NCBI GenBank assembly: GCA_965202585.1
Contig: OZ241828.1
Location: forward strand, 52,700,001-52,764,000
Source of the DNA: Thalia democratica
Lineage: Eukaryota
Length of the DNA: 64,000 nucleotides
Reading direction: 5' to 3'
The notes under the pieces are model-generated. The model did not search any database and was not told where the DNA came from. It saw only the letters and a list, made by a program, of their open reading frames with translations. The position numbers and the translations under genes are program-made. Positions 51,559 to 64,000 of this stretch are shown piece by piece (the first letter of the stretch is position 1; each line of letters begins with the position of its first letter).

Positions 51559-54500
51559 ACCTGAAGTTTGTTTGTAGTTTCAGGTGTTTGAATGTTTAAA
51601 TTGAAATTTAAAAATTTGAGAAAAACTTTTAAACAGACATGTAAGATAAAAAAAAGTATAAGTTGTTTGTATTTTAAATTGAAAGTTTTAAGGTTTAAAA
51701 AAAGCTAACTGTTTTATAAAAATTTAACACAAGTTAAAGAGTCATATATTGGAGTATAGTACTCATTATTAAGCTGAAATAATTGATTAAAGACAGAAAA
51801 ATGAATTAAACTGGTTTACAGACATGCAAGATAAATTAAGTAAATATATATCAAAACAAAGCTTTATATAAAGTTTAAAACTGAATTGATTAATTAAAAA
51901 CTTTTTTTTGTTGTTTAAAGTACTACCAAAAACTTTAGTTGTTTAATTTATTTTAGGTTAATAAATTTATGTGAATATACTATATGCTTTCTTAATGGTA
52001 ATTGTAAACTTCTAAGTTAATTAAACTGTTTATAAATCTTTAGTCAATCAGAAAAAGGGTCATTAGAAAGAGAAAGTTTAGTGTTTTACTTTTAAAATGT
52101 TTTAAAACAATTGCAACTTAAAAAAAACTCAATTTCTTACTAACTAGAGACGTTTCTCTTTACTTAATTAATAACACAGTTCTACAAATTTCTCAAAAAT
52201 TAGTTAGTTACTAACAATTTGTTAGTTTATTTATGTTGTATTAACTTTTTTTTAAGCAAAGAAAACGTCAATAGTTTTTAACAAGTTGAATACCTTTTCA
52301 AACTGTTTTTGTTGTATTCCTTCGAACTTTTTTCTTTGGTTTTTAATTATTTGTTTATAAACTTTGCGCTTTTTACGATTTGTTTTAATATTTATAATTA
52401 GTAAAAAGTATATGATATATATTTTGCATTATTTACTCACCAACTTACTTTTATTCACTATTTAGATGTACTACTGATTCAAAGTTTACTTTTCTTGCTT
52501 AGTTGTTGTATGTATCTTTTTCATTAAAAATTTTGTAGTTTTTTTGTTTATTTTAACCTTTTCAAAACATTTGAGTGTTAGTAAATATTCAAAATTTTTG
52601 TCAAGTACTTTAAGTAGCAAAACTAGTCTTTTTTTTTAACTTGCACTTAGTTTTGTTTAGTGAAGGAATGAGATTTTAAGATTGTTTAATGTTTACAGAA
52701 AGATGTTTATTTGTTTTTTATCGACTAAACTTGTAATATATTTTAAAAAAAGTTGTTTTAATCGTTATAAATCTTATTGCAAAAACAACAACTTTACTGT
52801 TAAATTAACTAAAAAATAAGTATATGAAGTATTTATATAAGAATAAATTGATTTTTTTTTGTTTTAGTTTTTAAATAAAACTAATTTTGTTAAGAAATAT
52901 GAATAAAACAAAGTAAGTTATTTGTATATAAAAAATTAAGTTCAAATTGTAATCAGAAATAAATAGTATAAAAAAACGACTAAGTTTAAATTAAACAAAG
53001 CATACATTAGTAAGTAAGGTATAATATTTGAAAATATTGAACTAAAACTTGAAAAAAGTACAGTTTCTAATAAAAAACAGTAAAAACTATCAACAAAAAA
53101 TACTACAAGTACCTAACTGACCTATTTTGTACTACTCAACTTTCCATTGCATCGATGTGATAATTTCGCATTATTTACAACTTTCAATCTCCAAGCAACC
53201 GTAAAGGCTTGGCTTCATTGTATTACACCAGCTACATTACCAGTCAATTACAATAATAAAGGAGGAAAGAGAGTGTTTAAGTAAACATACCTACGTGCGG
53301 TAAATACCTTTTTTATTTCAGTTTTGATTGTTGTTTTGTTTTTGAAGCTTGTAACTGTATCATAATAACTGACGTACAAATTATTACTTATCTAAAGATT
53401 TAAGATAAAAAGGAGAAATTCAAAATTAGAACAACAATTAAGTAACTATCAAAATTAAAAGAGTAAGTATAAAATGCTGACAAAGACGTTAAAAATTAAA
53501 AGCTGTAATTGAAACTAAAAAAGTTCAAATCTTAGTTTTCTTAAAAACTAAAAGTTATAGAAAAACAATGGAGCTCTAATTTATAAAAGATACATTAAAA
53601 TAATTGTAGTCTTATAGACCGTTCAAAAACATTTGAAATATTTAAAATAGGTCATTTGTAAAATGGTGTAAAAAGTTGTAACATTAGTATTTGCAAGTAT
53701 TTTGTTATTTAGTTTACAAGAAAAAATGCTGTAAACTTTAAATTAACGAAGTACTGAATCAATATATTAAATAGTTGATCTGATCTCACAACTTTTTTTC
53801 TCGAGTAAAAATTCTAGACAAAAAAGGTTTGAATTTCTATCAAAAACCGTATGATCCGGTTATGAACTCACATAAAGTATTTGCAATATGCATATGCTCT
53901 TTTAGACGGTTAGCTGCCTAAAAGCCAACTTAAGTAATTGATTTTTAAAAGTTAAGTAAAAAATCAAAACAGTGATTTTTATGTGCTAGAAATAATAGTA
54001 TTAAATTTAGTTTAAGAAGTATAGTTTAACATTTTTATCAGTAAAGTGAATAATTATAGTTGAGTTCTCTAAATCCTTGTAGCTTTTCAAAATAATTCAA
54101 AATTTAGTTTTTAAACTAGTTTTTAGTATTTTATCTTGTCAAAGCTCTATTTTATTAATGAAATAAAAAATACATAAGGTCTAAATAACTAAAAATTTAC
54201 TTGATTAACAAATCAATAAGTAGTTTTTTGCAAATAAAAGTTTATGTTTAGCTTTTTTATTTTAAGAATTTAACATAAGGAGAGTTTTGATTAAAAATTT
54301 ATAACACTTAAAATGTTGATAAATAAAATTAATAGTGTCATATACTAAATGTTTAAATGTTGTAAATATATTTCAAACTGTTTAATACTTATAACACTTT
54401 TTAATTTCAATTATTATGTTAGCTGATGTTTCATTTTAAAAATATAGCCTTTAATAGATAGTAATTTGAAATTAATATTAAAGTATTTTTTTACTCAATA

Positions 54501-57500
54501 AAACAAGGCTTAAATTATTTAGTTTTTAGAACTTTTCTAAGCTGATAAGACACGATACATACCAATGACGACGTGTGGTTTTTGTTTTACTAAGTGCGGA
54601 GAATTTACACATATTAAAAGAATAATTAAATAATAATTTCTTAAAGCTAATCTAGTATGACAAAACTACTACAATTCTGATTCATCGTTCGTTTTAAAAG
54701 TTTATCTTAATAATGGTTTTAACGGTTTTATAACATTATAATAAGTTTTTTAGTTTTTTTAGGTGAAGCATCTACTCTAAGCTTCATCCAACGCAAAGCC
54801 CAAGATACATATATATTGTACATACTGTGTACATGTACTGCTATGCACTATTGTACATCTTGACTGTGGCGATCGTTTTAACTATTACAATAGTTTTTTT
54901 TTAATATTAAAATAAATATGCTTGATAACAAGATTTGTTGTTACATTAAAATAAAAAAGTAAAATAAATAATCTTTCTAATAAGTTGAGTACTAATTAAG
55001 CCTATGATAGTAAGCTTTAAATTATGAAACATTAACATCATAACATGAAATACAAAAACGATATCTATTATTTAGAACAATAATCATTGTATTTTTTAGA
55101 AGCTTATTTGTCATAAAACTTATTTAAAGTAACATTACAGTAACCTTTAATATTACAAAAACATTACCTTTATACCTTAAATTACATCTTATAACAAATA
55201 TTGTCAATAAAAGTTGTATTTACTTTTAAAAACCATGAAAATTTGTTTTATTTTATTTTGTTGCACGTTCATATCGACTCTAACTTTCTTATTCTAACAA
55301 TATATCACATTTAATTCAAACATTGTAATAAGCCAAACTTTTTATAGTTCAGGGGCAGCTTAGACCAATTTCTTAAAGCCTGGACTATACCTGAAAATAA
55401 TAACTGAAAACATTTAAGTATCACAATTTCAAGTATGTCAACATATTTACTTGTGCTCTTTCATTAATGTTTAAACATTTGAGTTTTCAATTTGAAAAGC
55501 TAGATAAGATCAATCATAATATCAAAATGCAGCTGTAATTAAATTTCAATAGTAAACTCATAATACTGTCATAGTACACTTATAATTAAAAAAGCTTATT
55601 TGAAAAAGGAAACACTACTCTAGTTTGCATATTTTTTTCAATACTAGTATAAGTTATATCAATATACTGCTTCTAAACTCAATACAGAAAATTTTGTTCA
55701 AAAATTTTAAAATTTATGTTATATAAGTGCTGAATTACTTTTAGTAGCTTGATTAATAATATAGTTGTAGCAAATTTTTATTTAGTTGAAACTACCTTTT
55801 AAAAATTGAGTTGTACTAAAGCAAGTTACCTCACACTGTTTATCATGATACTTAAATATGAATGCTATCTTTTTTTTAAGTCTAACTCTTATAGTTTATT
55901 GTTAAGTGGCTATGTCATTTCAGTATTTATTTAACTTGAATCAAACTAAAAATAAATGCTACTTTATCATTAAAATATAGTTTAATGATGCCTAATATTT
56001 TCTTAAAACTTTATTTTGTTTATAATTAAAAAAAAAAATTTATTCAAACTTAATTAAAAGTTTTTAAATTTCTTTTTTGTCACGTACTACACGATTCAAA
56101 AAAATTTGAGGCTGACCGTTTTGTTTCAAAGCGTGACAACTTTGATGAAAATACCAAAAAATATTTAAAAATTATAAGTAAGTTTTATAAATTTTTGAGT
56201 ACTTGTTAATTGAAACTAATAATTAACTTCAATCAGAAATGTTTTTGAATTTAAAGTTTTGCAGAAGTTGTAGACATTAAATTATTCGTAGCTAAGAAAG
56301 CTCTAAATTAATAGCTTAAGGTGTAAAACTAAAGGAATTTTGAAACAAGTCAGGTATAATTAAAATCTTTTAGACATTTTTTTTGTTGATTTTAAAACTA
56401 ATGTTATGAGTAAGTATGTTAAAATTAGTTTATTGAACAGTACTATGTTTCAACTCCTATAATTCATTTAAATGTAAAAAAAAAAGTAAAAAAATAGTTT
56501 ATTATCTTAATACTTTTTATAACTTTTCCCATTTAATTAATAAAGAACTGCAGTCAGAAGTAAGTCTAAAAAAAGTTTATTTGAATCATTAGTTATACTT
56601 TTTTTACTAGATAAACGTTATGCTGAGTTAGTTTAGAACATTTGAAAGAATAACAACGTTATGCAACTTAAATGTTGGATATAGTTTGATTTTGTATATT
56701 TTGTAAGTCAGTTGCAAACTTTAAACTTTAATAAAACTTCGGCTGAAGCAGGTTTGTTTTTTCAGTTTTTATCAAAATTGACGTTAGTTTAGGGTTTTTC
56801 CAAAGTTTTCAAATGACTTCAAACATTTTTTTTATAAAAGGTATGTTTTTTCACATAAATCGAGTCTATAAGTAATTATTCACTATTCAAGTTTGTAAAA
56901 TTTTTTTTTCCATTTTTGGCTTTCAATAGATTTTTTTCAATTAGAATAGCTGACTTAGAATAGTTTGGTATAACTAAGGTTAGTATTTGGCCGCTCAGTT
57001 TTTGGTTACTTTAAATAGTAACAATTATGTAATAGTTAGAATGACATGATCAGCTTTTTATCAACTTTAAGAATAAAAACTTGGAATCAAAAGTTTAAAA
57101 TTTTTATTGAAATTCTTTAAAACTTCTACTTATACAAATAAATGTTATTGCTTAAGTAAATATTAGTAATAATTTTACATTAGTTTTATCTGTAGTTAAA
57201 TAAGTTTACAAAAAAATGCTTGGATAAAACAGTAAACACTTATTTCATTTAAAAAGTGTAAAAGTAAGCTTTCCAAACTCTCTAATAATTTAAAAGTTAA
57301 GTATGTCTTACTCCACCTAAAAAACCTTGAACTGTCCTTAGCGTAGAAATAAGTAAACATAATTTAAAACTTTGAACATTAATTAACTTTTGAATAATGT
57401 AGATTAGCAATAAAGATACTAAACAAATTAATTTAAAAGATATATTAATTGGTTTTTTAATTTAAAAGTATAAAACATTTAAGTATTCAAAAAAGTATAC

Positions 57501-59155
57501 ATACTAATTTAATTTACCATTAACTCTATTTATAAACTTTCAAAAATATTTATAATATTTATTAGTTGGTCTTGAAGACTTTTGCCTACATGAATTATAA
57601 TCTAAAAAAATATGTCTGTAGTTTTTGTAAGAATGTATTACTTAAATTTTATACCAAAAATTATAAATCGTCCTCACTTATTTATAAAGCACACAAAAGT
57701 TGACTGTAATATTAGTTAATTTTTGTTAATTTTAAGTAGTATTTTTGTACTCCAAATTAACATGTTTACCAAATAACAACACACTTTCGAAACAATTTAT
57801 TAGTTTTATCTTGTTCGAATAAAAGATATTTTTTTCAAGTAATTTCATAGAACTATTACAATATACAACTTGTATTTAGATTTTAACAGTGTTTAAAAAA
57901 AAAATATATATAATTGATAATCGCTAGCTTTTTAGACAAACTTTTTCTTATGAAAGTATGTTTCTATATCTTAGTTATACAATCAATATTTTTTAAATCA
58001 CTGAAATTTCTACATTACACGTACAGTGTGACGTAAAAGTTGTCATAACACGCCACACACTCGTTGAAGTTCAAATGCAAAGCTATATTTGTTTTAAATT
58101 ATTTTCGATGTTTTTGAGTTTCTAAGCTTGACATTTAAGTAAAGAGTGTTTTTAATAAATTAAAATACCTACACTAACTTTTTTTTTTGATTTTTTCTAA
58201 GTATTAAAACGATAAACTATTTATTATTAATATATTTTTTGCAATAATTTAAAAAAAAAAAGTTTTTATTATTTATTCTTTCAAAAAACTTAATTCGTTT
58301 ACCAGCGATATATATATTTATAGTGTTATTTATTGATTTCAGTTTCAATATACTGTATTACGCCTTTATATATCAATTCATTTCCTGTGCTGCTCTTTGA
58401 AAAGCGCGTTTGCAGCTTTTTGGAAAACAAAGCTAAATGTTTGGAATGTTCAAAGGGTACGTGGTTATGGTTAGACGGTCACGACTGATATTACATAAGA
58501 TAATTTCAAAGTGTTCATCAAATTTGTTTCGATCGTTTAGTTTAGGTAGTGAAAGTTGTGAAGTTTTTTGTTAAAATTTGATAAACTATTTGTTGTACTA
58601 TTTTTGTCGTATTTTCTTAAGGAAATAACAAAAGTGAAAGACTAAATTTTTTAAGTAGCTTTAAATATAACATGCTTTACGATAGTTCTACAGCTTTTTG
58701 ATTTTTTAGAACAAAAATATTCAAAAAATTCGATGTAAAAGTTTTTTTTTTTAATGTATATGCTAAAATTTAAAGAAATATAGTTTAGCATGATTTAGTA
58801 AATAAGGAAAAAAATAATTGTTTTTTCTGAGTCACGCATTTGAATTTAGTTTTAGTTGTTTAAAACTTGTACATTAAAAAATAAAAATTCGATTAATAAA
58901 CAGATGTAGTAAATTCTAAACTTTGTTTGAAGACAAAAATTTAGAATACTTTTTTTTTTAAACTAACCAATCTTTTTTCAAATAAATTAACAAGTTGTAT
59001 ATAATAAAATCAAAAAAAAGGTATTACACGTGAAAATTACTATTTAATAATTAAGATTAGAAAAAAAAAAGTTTACATACTTTTCTAAAATTGCATATTT
59101 TTTTAGATTTTTTCAATCTAAACTGCGAAATAAAAATAACAAAAACTAAAAACGT

Positions 59156-60361
59156 ATGGTGATAACCAGTGAAGTTCAATTGTACGAGGACGAGGATTTT
59201 GAGCTGTCAGAAAACTACGACTGGCAGCGGCCCCACGAAATTACCCCAACTCCCAACTTCAACACTGCAAGCTGCACGGCAATACAAGGACCCGAAGCTC
59301 GCGACTGCTGGCTCGTCTCCGCCATTTCCGCCCTGGTCGCCAACAAAAGCTTGCTCAACCACGTGGTTGAAACAAACTATGACGTCACGTCAAACAGTTA
59401 CACCGGCAAAGTGAGCTTCAAGTTTTGGGAGCTAGGTAAGCGGACGAGTGTTGTGATAGACGACCGGCTGCCGACAAACAACGGAGATCTCGTTTTTGCC
59501 CAGCGCTCCGAAGGCGACGACTTTCTGGTCCCGCTTATCGAGAAGGCTTACGCTAAACTCACTGGCGGCAGCTATGACGTCATAAACACCAACGGGAGCT
59601 CGCTTGCGGCCATGCTGGCCTTCACCGGAGGCACGAGCGACGTTTTCTACTGCAGCAACTTGACACGTGACCGAGTGTTGTCACTGGGTGGCGCTCACGC
59701 GAACGGGGCGCTGATGACGTGTGGCACTGTAAGCGGAGACGAGATGGTGGAAGAAGTTCTTTTTGACCAGCACTGCTACGAAGTGTCGGGTTTCGATCTT
59801 GATAATTTCAGGTTGCAGCTGAAAAACCCGCATGGAAGTAAAGTTTGTTTGGATGCAAACAATAACGATGATTCGGAGCTTTTGAAAGCCAAACAGAAAA
59901 ATATTGTTTGGGTCGACCTGGACTGTGTAACGAAAAATTTTAGCACCCTCAGAGTTTGTTACCCGGAAAACATAATTACAAAATGCTACAAACTAGTGTA
60001 CTGTTCTGAGTTCACACTTAATCGATTCAACAACAATTTTTATTTTCATCATTTGAAGATTGACCTTCGCTGTAGCAACGACACAAACAAAACAAAACAC
60101 AAAGTGATTATTAGTCTGACAACTGATCTAAAAATGACACGTCACAATGAGAAATCGAGAATCGGTTTGAAAGTATACAAAGGCACATTGTTCAAAAGCG
60201 GAAACTTAATAGACGAAAGTCATGCGCTTGGCTTTCCTGAGACCACTGTGAAGTGCGATCTCTCGCCTGAAGTTCATTCAATTTTGACTATACATGAATT
60301 ACCTTATTTTACCTTACATAACGATTCTAACTTTTTTTTACGTGTTTTTGTGCGTCAGTAG
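59156..60361 (+). CDS. Intronless atypical calpain (CysPc domain plus a C-terminal domain-III-like region, no penta-EF-hand), 401 aa
   Basis: DWQRPHEI, IQGPEARDCWLVSAISAL (catalytic Cys), FKFWELG...VVIDDRLPT, LIEKAYAKLTGGSY, FTGG, QHCYEV (His), LKNPHG (Asn). Confidence 0.92.
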   Translation: MVITSEVQLYEDEDFELSENYDWQRPHEITPTPNFNTASCTAIQGPEARDCWLVSAISALVANKSLLNHVVETNYDVTSNSYTGKVSFKFWELGKRTSVVIDDRLPTNNGDLVFAQRSEGDDFLVPLIEKAYAKLTGGSYDVINTNGSSLAAMLAFTGGTSDVFYCSNLTRDRVLSLGGAHANGALMTCGTVSGDEMVEEVLFDQHCYEVSGFDLDNFRLQLKNPHGSKVCLDANNNDDSELLKAKQKNIVWVDLDCVTKNFSTLRVCYPENIITKCYKLVYCSEFTLNRFNNNFYFHHLKIDLRCSNDTNKTKHKVIISLTTDLKMTRHNEKSRIGLKVYKGTLFKSGNLIDESHALGFPETTVKCDLSPEVHSILTIHELPYFTLHNDSNFFLRVFVRQ

Positions 60362-62015
60362 CTGTTACTGTTTGTTTTTTTTAACTTAGATTTTATTATT
60401 AAGTATAAAAATGATGATTATAAGACATTTTAATAAAAACTTTGTTACTTATTTATATTTATAATTAAGTTTTTTAACGAATTTTTTCATTTTTGGTTAT
60501 CTTTTACTGCCAATGTTTTGATGTATTTTACATAAAAAGGAAAAAATATTTTTGATAAAAATGTATTGAACTATCTTAATTTAGCTTTAGCACTTGCCCT
60601 TTTAAGCTAATAACTCTTTGTATAACCAAAGTTGTTCAAGATATCGAAAATATCTTCAGCAAAACTTACATAAATTTAAAGCTGAAAAAAAATATTGTTA
60701 AGCTAAAAAATATTTTTCTTAGCTTATAATATGTTCAATAATAAGTCTTAAAACGCTTATATAATTAAAAAATAAAACTAAAAAACTCTTTCTCGTTTTT
60801 AGTTTTGTATTTAACAAACAAAAAATTATAAACTTTGACTTTTTTTGTTTCATGGTTATTTTAAACCTAAGACTTTTCAGTCAATTAATAAAAAATTGAA
60901 GATATTTTTATATATTTTTTTTAAAATAATCCTAAAAAAATAACATAAGAAGTTTTCTTTTTCGAATAGAATAATTTATTACTCATTAGAAATATGTTTT
61001 TTCATAAACAAATCACGATATGAATTATTGTTTAGTTAAAACACTAGTTTTAATTGCAAAAAGGTCACGTATTAAAAGAAAAATTAGTGATTTAGTATTT
61101 AAAGCTAAAATATAATTAGATACGTTTAGATTATTGTGTAGTCGATGTTTGTAAAAAATAATTTGATAAGAAGTTATAAATATAATAACTTACTAAATTA
61201 TTAGACTATATTATTATTTTTATACGCTTGAATTAACTTTTGTTTCACAGTTTTTCTCTTTTAAAAGATAGCAAAATCAAAGTATTAGAACACAAAAAAC
61301 TTACAAAAATTTATGTTAAATGGTATTCATTTATTTAAAAACTAATTAAACGTTATCTTACAATGTTTAAATATGTTAAAGCTTAATCCTATTTTACAAC
61401 AAGTTTTTAAGTTTGAATACTTAAGAACGACCATTATAAATCAATTTAACTTTAAAACTGTCTTGTTTTAAATAGGAGCTGAACCTATTACAAAATAACT
61501 TTAACACTTAAGTTTACTATTTTTATTTAAAAGAGTATAACTTCAATTGTAAGACTGATAAAAAAAAATTATAAGTTTTATCATATTAAGCAAAATTTTG
61601 ACCAACTCATATGTATTAGTAGCTAAACTTCGTTAATATGTCAGTAGAGTACTTGCGAACAAAAACAACTGTTTTGAATTATGACACTAATTTATTACAA
61701 ACAGTACATTTTATTGGTTATTGTCTACAGTTTTAAAATCGATTTAGAAATCAATGGTTTGATTAAGTGTAATGCAGCTTTGTTGTATTTGTATATATAG
61801 AAGTTTAGAAATATCTAATAACTTTACTTTATTAGTATTTAAAGTCCTCTAAACAAAGAAAACTTGTAAATAGACCCCTTTTTCACAAATAATATTTTAT
61901 ATGTAATCTCTTTGGTGTTAATTTTATAAAGTACAAGTTAAGTTTTAAGTTTGTGTAAACCATTTATCTTTTTTCGGCTTTTATAGCGTTTAAAGGGCTT
62001 GATTACATAGTAGAC

Positions 62016-62206
62016 CAGAGATCGGCAGGCACTTGGTGGTTGCTACTCAAAGTGTAAATTTCGAATTTCTCACGTCAGAATATCTAATATGAGTTTTTTC
62101 TAGTACCAAATTTACATACTTGCGGACCTTTCATAGACCGCATCTTTAAAAAAACTCTTCCGGTCCGCATTTTTACCCTTCATGGACAGCAGTTTTCCGA
62201 CCCCTG
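62016..62206. mobile_element. Short Charlie-like MITE remnant
   Basis: CAGAGATCGGCA ... TTTTCCGACCCCTG with internal GCGGACC/GGTCCGC; no clean TSD. Confidence 0.45.
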
Positions 62207-62460
62207 GGTTAGTTGAAACTATTTATATTTTCTCTTTAATGAAACGGCATATAAGATACAACTAAATGACAATTAAAATTTCAACAATTCAAAATCTTTA
62301 AAAATATTTAGTAGGCAATATCTCAAAAATTAATATATACTTGAAAAACCTAAATCTAAAATAGCGGTTGTAAACCTAATTAACAATTTTATAATATTAA
62401 AAATAAACAAATAAAATATTTACTTTTTAAAATTTTAAACATATGTCTGCTAATTTTAAT

Positions 62461-63135
62461 TTTTATACATAAAACAAGTCTTTTTCAACAACACAAATAT
62501 ATTTCAACAATTTTCTTCAGTGTGATTACAATTGTAACAAGGTAAAACAAATTTTAAACTTATATAGCCTTTTTAATTATATGAGAAATTATCAATCAAT
62601 TAGTAAAAAAAACCCTAAACTATAACAAAAAATTAAAAACAACAAGGAAAACATAATTAACTGTAACATTTAAAACAAAACAAAATTAGTCTAATTTAAA
62701 CAAGGATAATGAGTAATCAAACTCTCTTTGTTTGCATAATTCTGGCTTGTCTAAGTGAATATAATTATAATATTTAATATTACAAAAATTAATTAACATA
62801 ACATTTTTGATTTAATTAAAATAGAAGCTATTTATATTCACTTAGACAAGCCAGAATTATGCAAACAAAGAGAGTTTGATTACTCATTATCCTTGTTTAA
62901 ATTAGACTAATTTTGTTTTGTTTTAAATGTTACAGTTAATTATGTTTTCCTTGTTGTTTTTAATTTTTTGTTATAGTTTAGGGTTTTTTTTACTAATTGA
63001 TTGATAATTTCTCATATAATTAAAAAGGCTATATAAGTTTAAAATTTGTTTTACCTTGTTACAATTGTAATCACACTGAAGAAAATTGTTGAAATATATT
63101 TGTGTTGTTGAAAAAGACTTGTTTTATGTATAAAA
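62461..63135. repeat. Long inverted repeat: 304 bp arms (62461-62764, 62832-63135) around a 67 bp spacer
   Basis: I reverse-complemented the right arm by hand and found no mismatch to the left arm, including the A8/T8 tract; pairing breaks at 62460/63136 and 62765/62831. Confidence 0.95.
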
Positions 63136-64000
63136 TATTTACTTTTAGAAAATTTAAAAATTACTATATTCTAAAACATAGTTTAGCAATATCTCGTAAA
63201 ATGTTGAAAGTTTTGCAAAAAAATGTTTGGTAGCTAAAGTACTATTTATTGACCGACAACAAAAGCACTCAAAATAATAATATCCTAGGACCTGGTGTAC
63301 AAAGGAACCTTTAGTTTATCGATTTCTGGATACAGTTTAATGTCTTGTCCACGACAGGGGTATATAACTAATAAGCTTACAAGGGTATATATTTTAAAGT
63401 ATACTAGTTTTTGATACATGTTCTCTTAAACATTTTTTAAATAGTTTTAATTGTCTGAATTTAAATAGTCGTGCACCCATAAGGTAAAATACAGAATATA
63501 AATATTTTCGTGAGTAATCTTACTTGCTGTAGATAAAAAACATTAAAAAAATTAAACAGGTTTAAAACGTAGAACACAGAATAACTGTTTATTGTATTGA
63601 AGTCAACAAATTCATTTATACAGTACTCTAGCTAATTTAAAAAAAATAGTGTTTTTCGAATACAGAAAATTAAATAACGAATCGCAGAAGCTCTCGAATA
63701 AAATTGTTTATAATTTAAATTTTTTTAGTCTTCATTTTAACGTTAATCAATGTACTTTTGAAATTTTATAAATTTTTTTTTAAATGTTTGTAAGATATAA
63801 AGAAAAAGTAATAAAACATTAACTGTAGGCAAACACTTAATTAAAACACATCAATGTAATAAATAAGTTTGTCCAAGTTTATCAATTTATTAAATTACAT
63901 AGTTTTATAGAATATAGAAATACAAAATTAGTAAACATAGGTTTTGTTAAGTATAAAGTTCGTTAGAAAAATACTAATAAAACCAAGAAACAAACCAGTT

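Noticed and set aside
58455-58495. GTGGTTATGGTTAG resembling a tRNA A box
   Set aside because: No B box or cloverleaf downstream.

Overview
Very AT-rich eukaryotic (animal-like) genomic DNA with spliceosomal introns; the organism cannot be identified from sequence alone. I spliced two multi-exon minus-strand genes by hand, both in continuous frame: a 17-exon peroxisomal Lon protease (LONP2, 811 aa, ends in SKL) and a 6-exon GT31 beta-1,3-glycosyltransferase-like gene (436 aa) with eroded catalytic motifs. Intronless ORFs are a CHK2/CAMK-like pseudokinase, a short calpain with an intact Cys-His-Asn triad, and a tandem pair of 74-75 aa hydrophobic proteins. Between that pair lies an inverted fragment of their own coding sequence, complementary to both genes. 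Also present are a frameshifted di-ubiquitin-like pseudogene, many nested non-autonomous DNA transposons (a CAGGGTTGCCA family with 6-7 bp TSDs, hAT-Charlie-like elements with 8 bp TSDs, a 70 bp Tc1/pogo MITE), a Penelope-like fragment, a 16/18 bp minisatellite and an apparently perfect 304 bp inverted repeat near the right end. All family assignments rest on motif recognition by eye; no database search was run.
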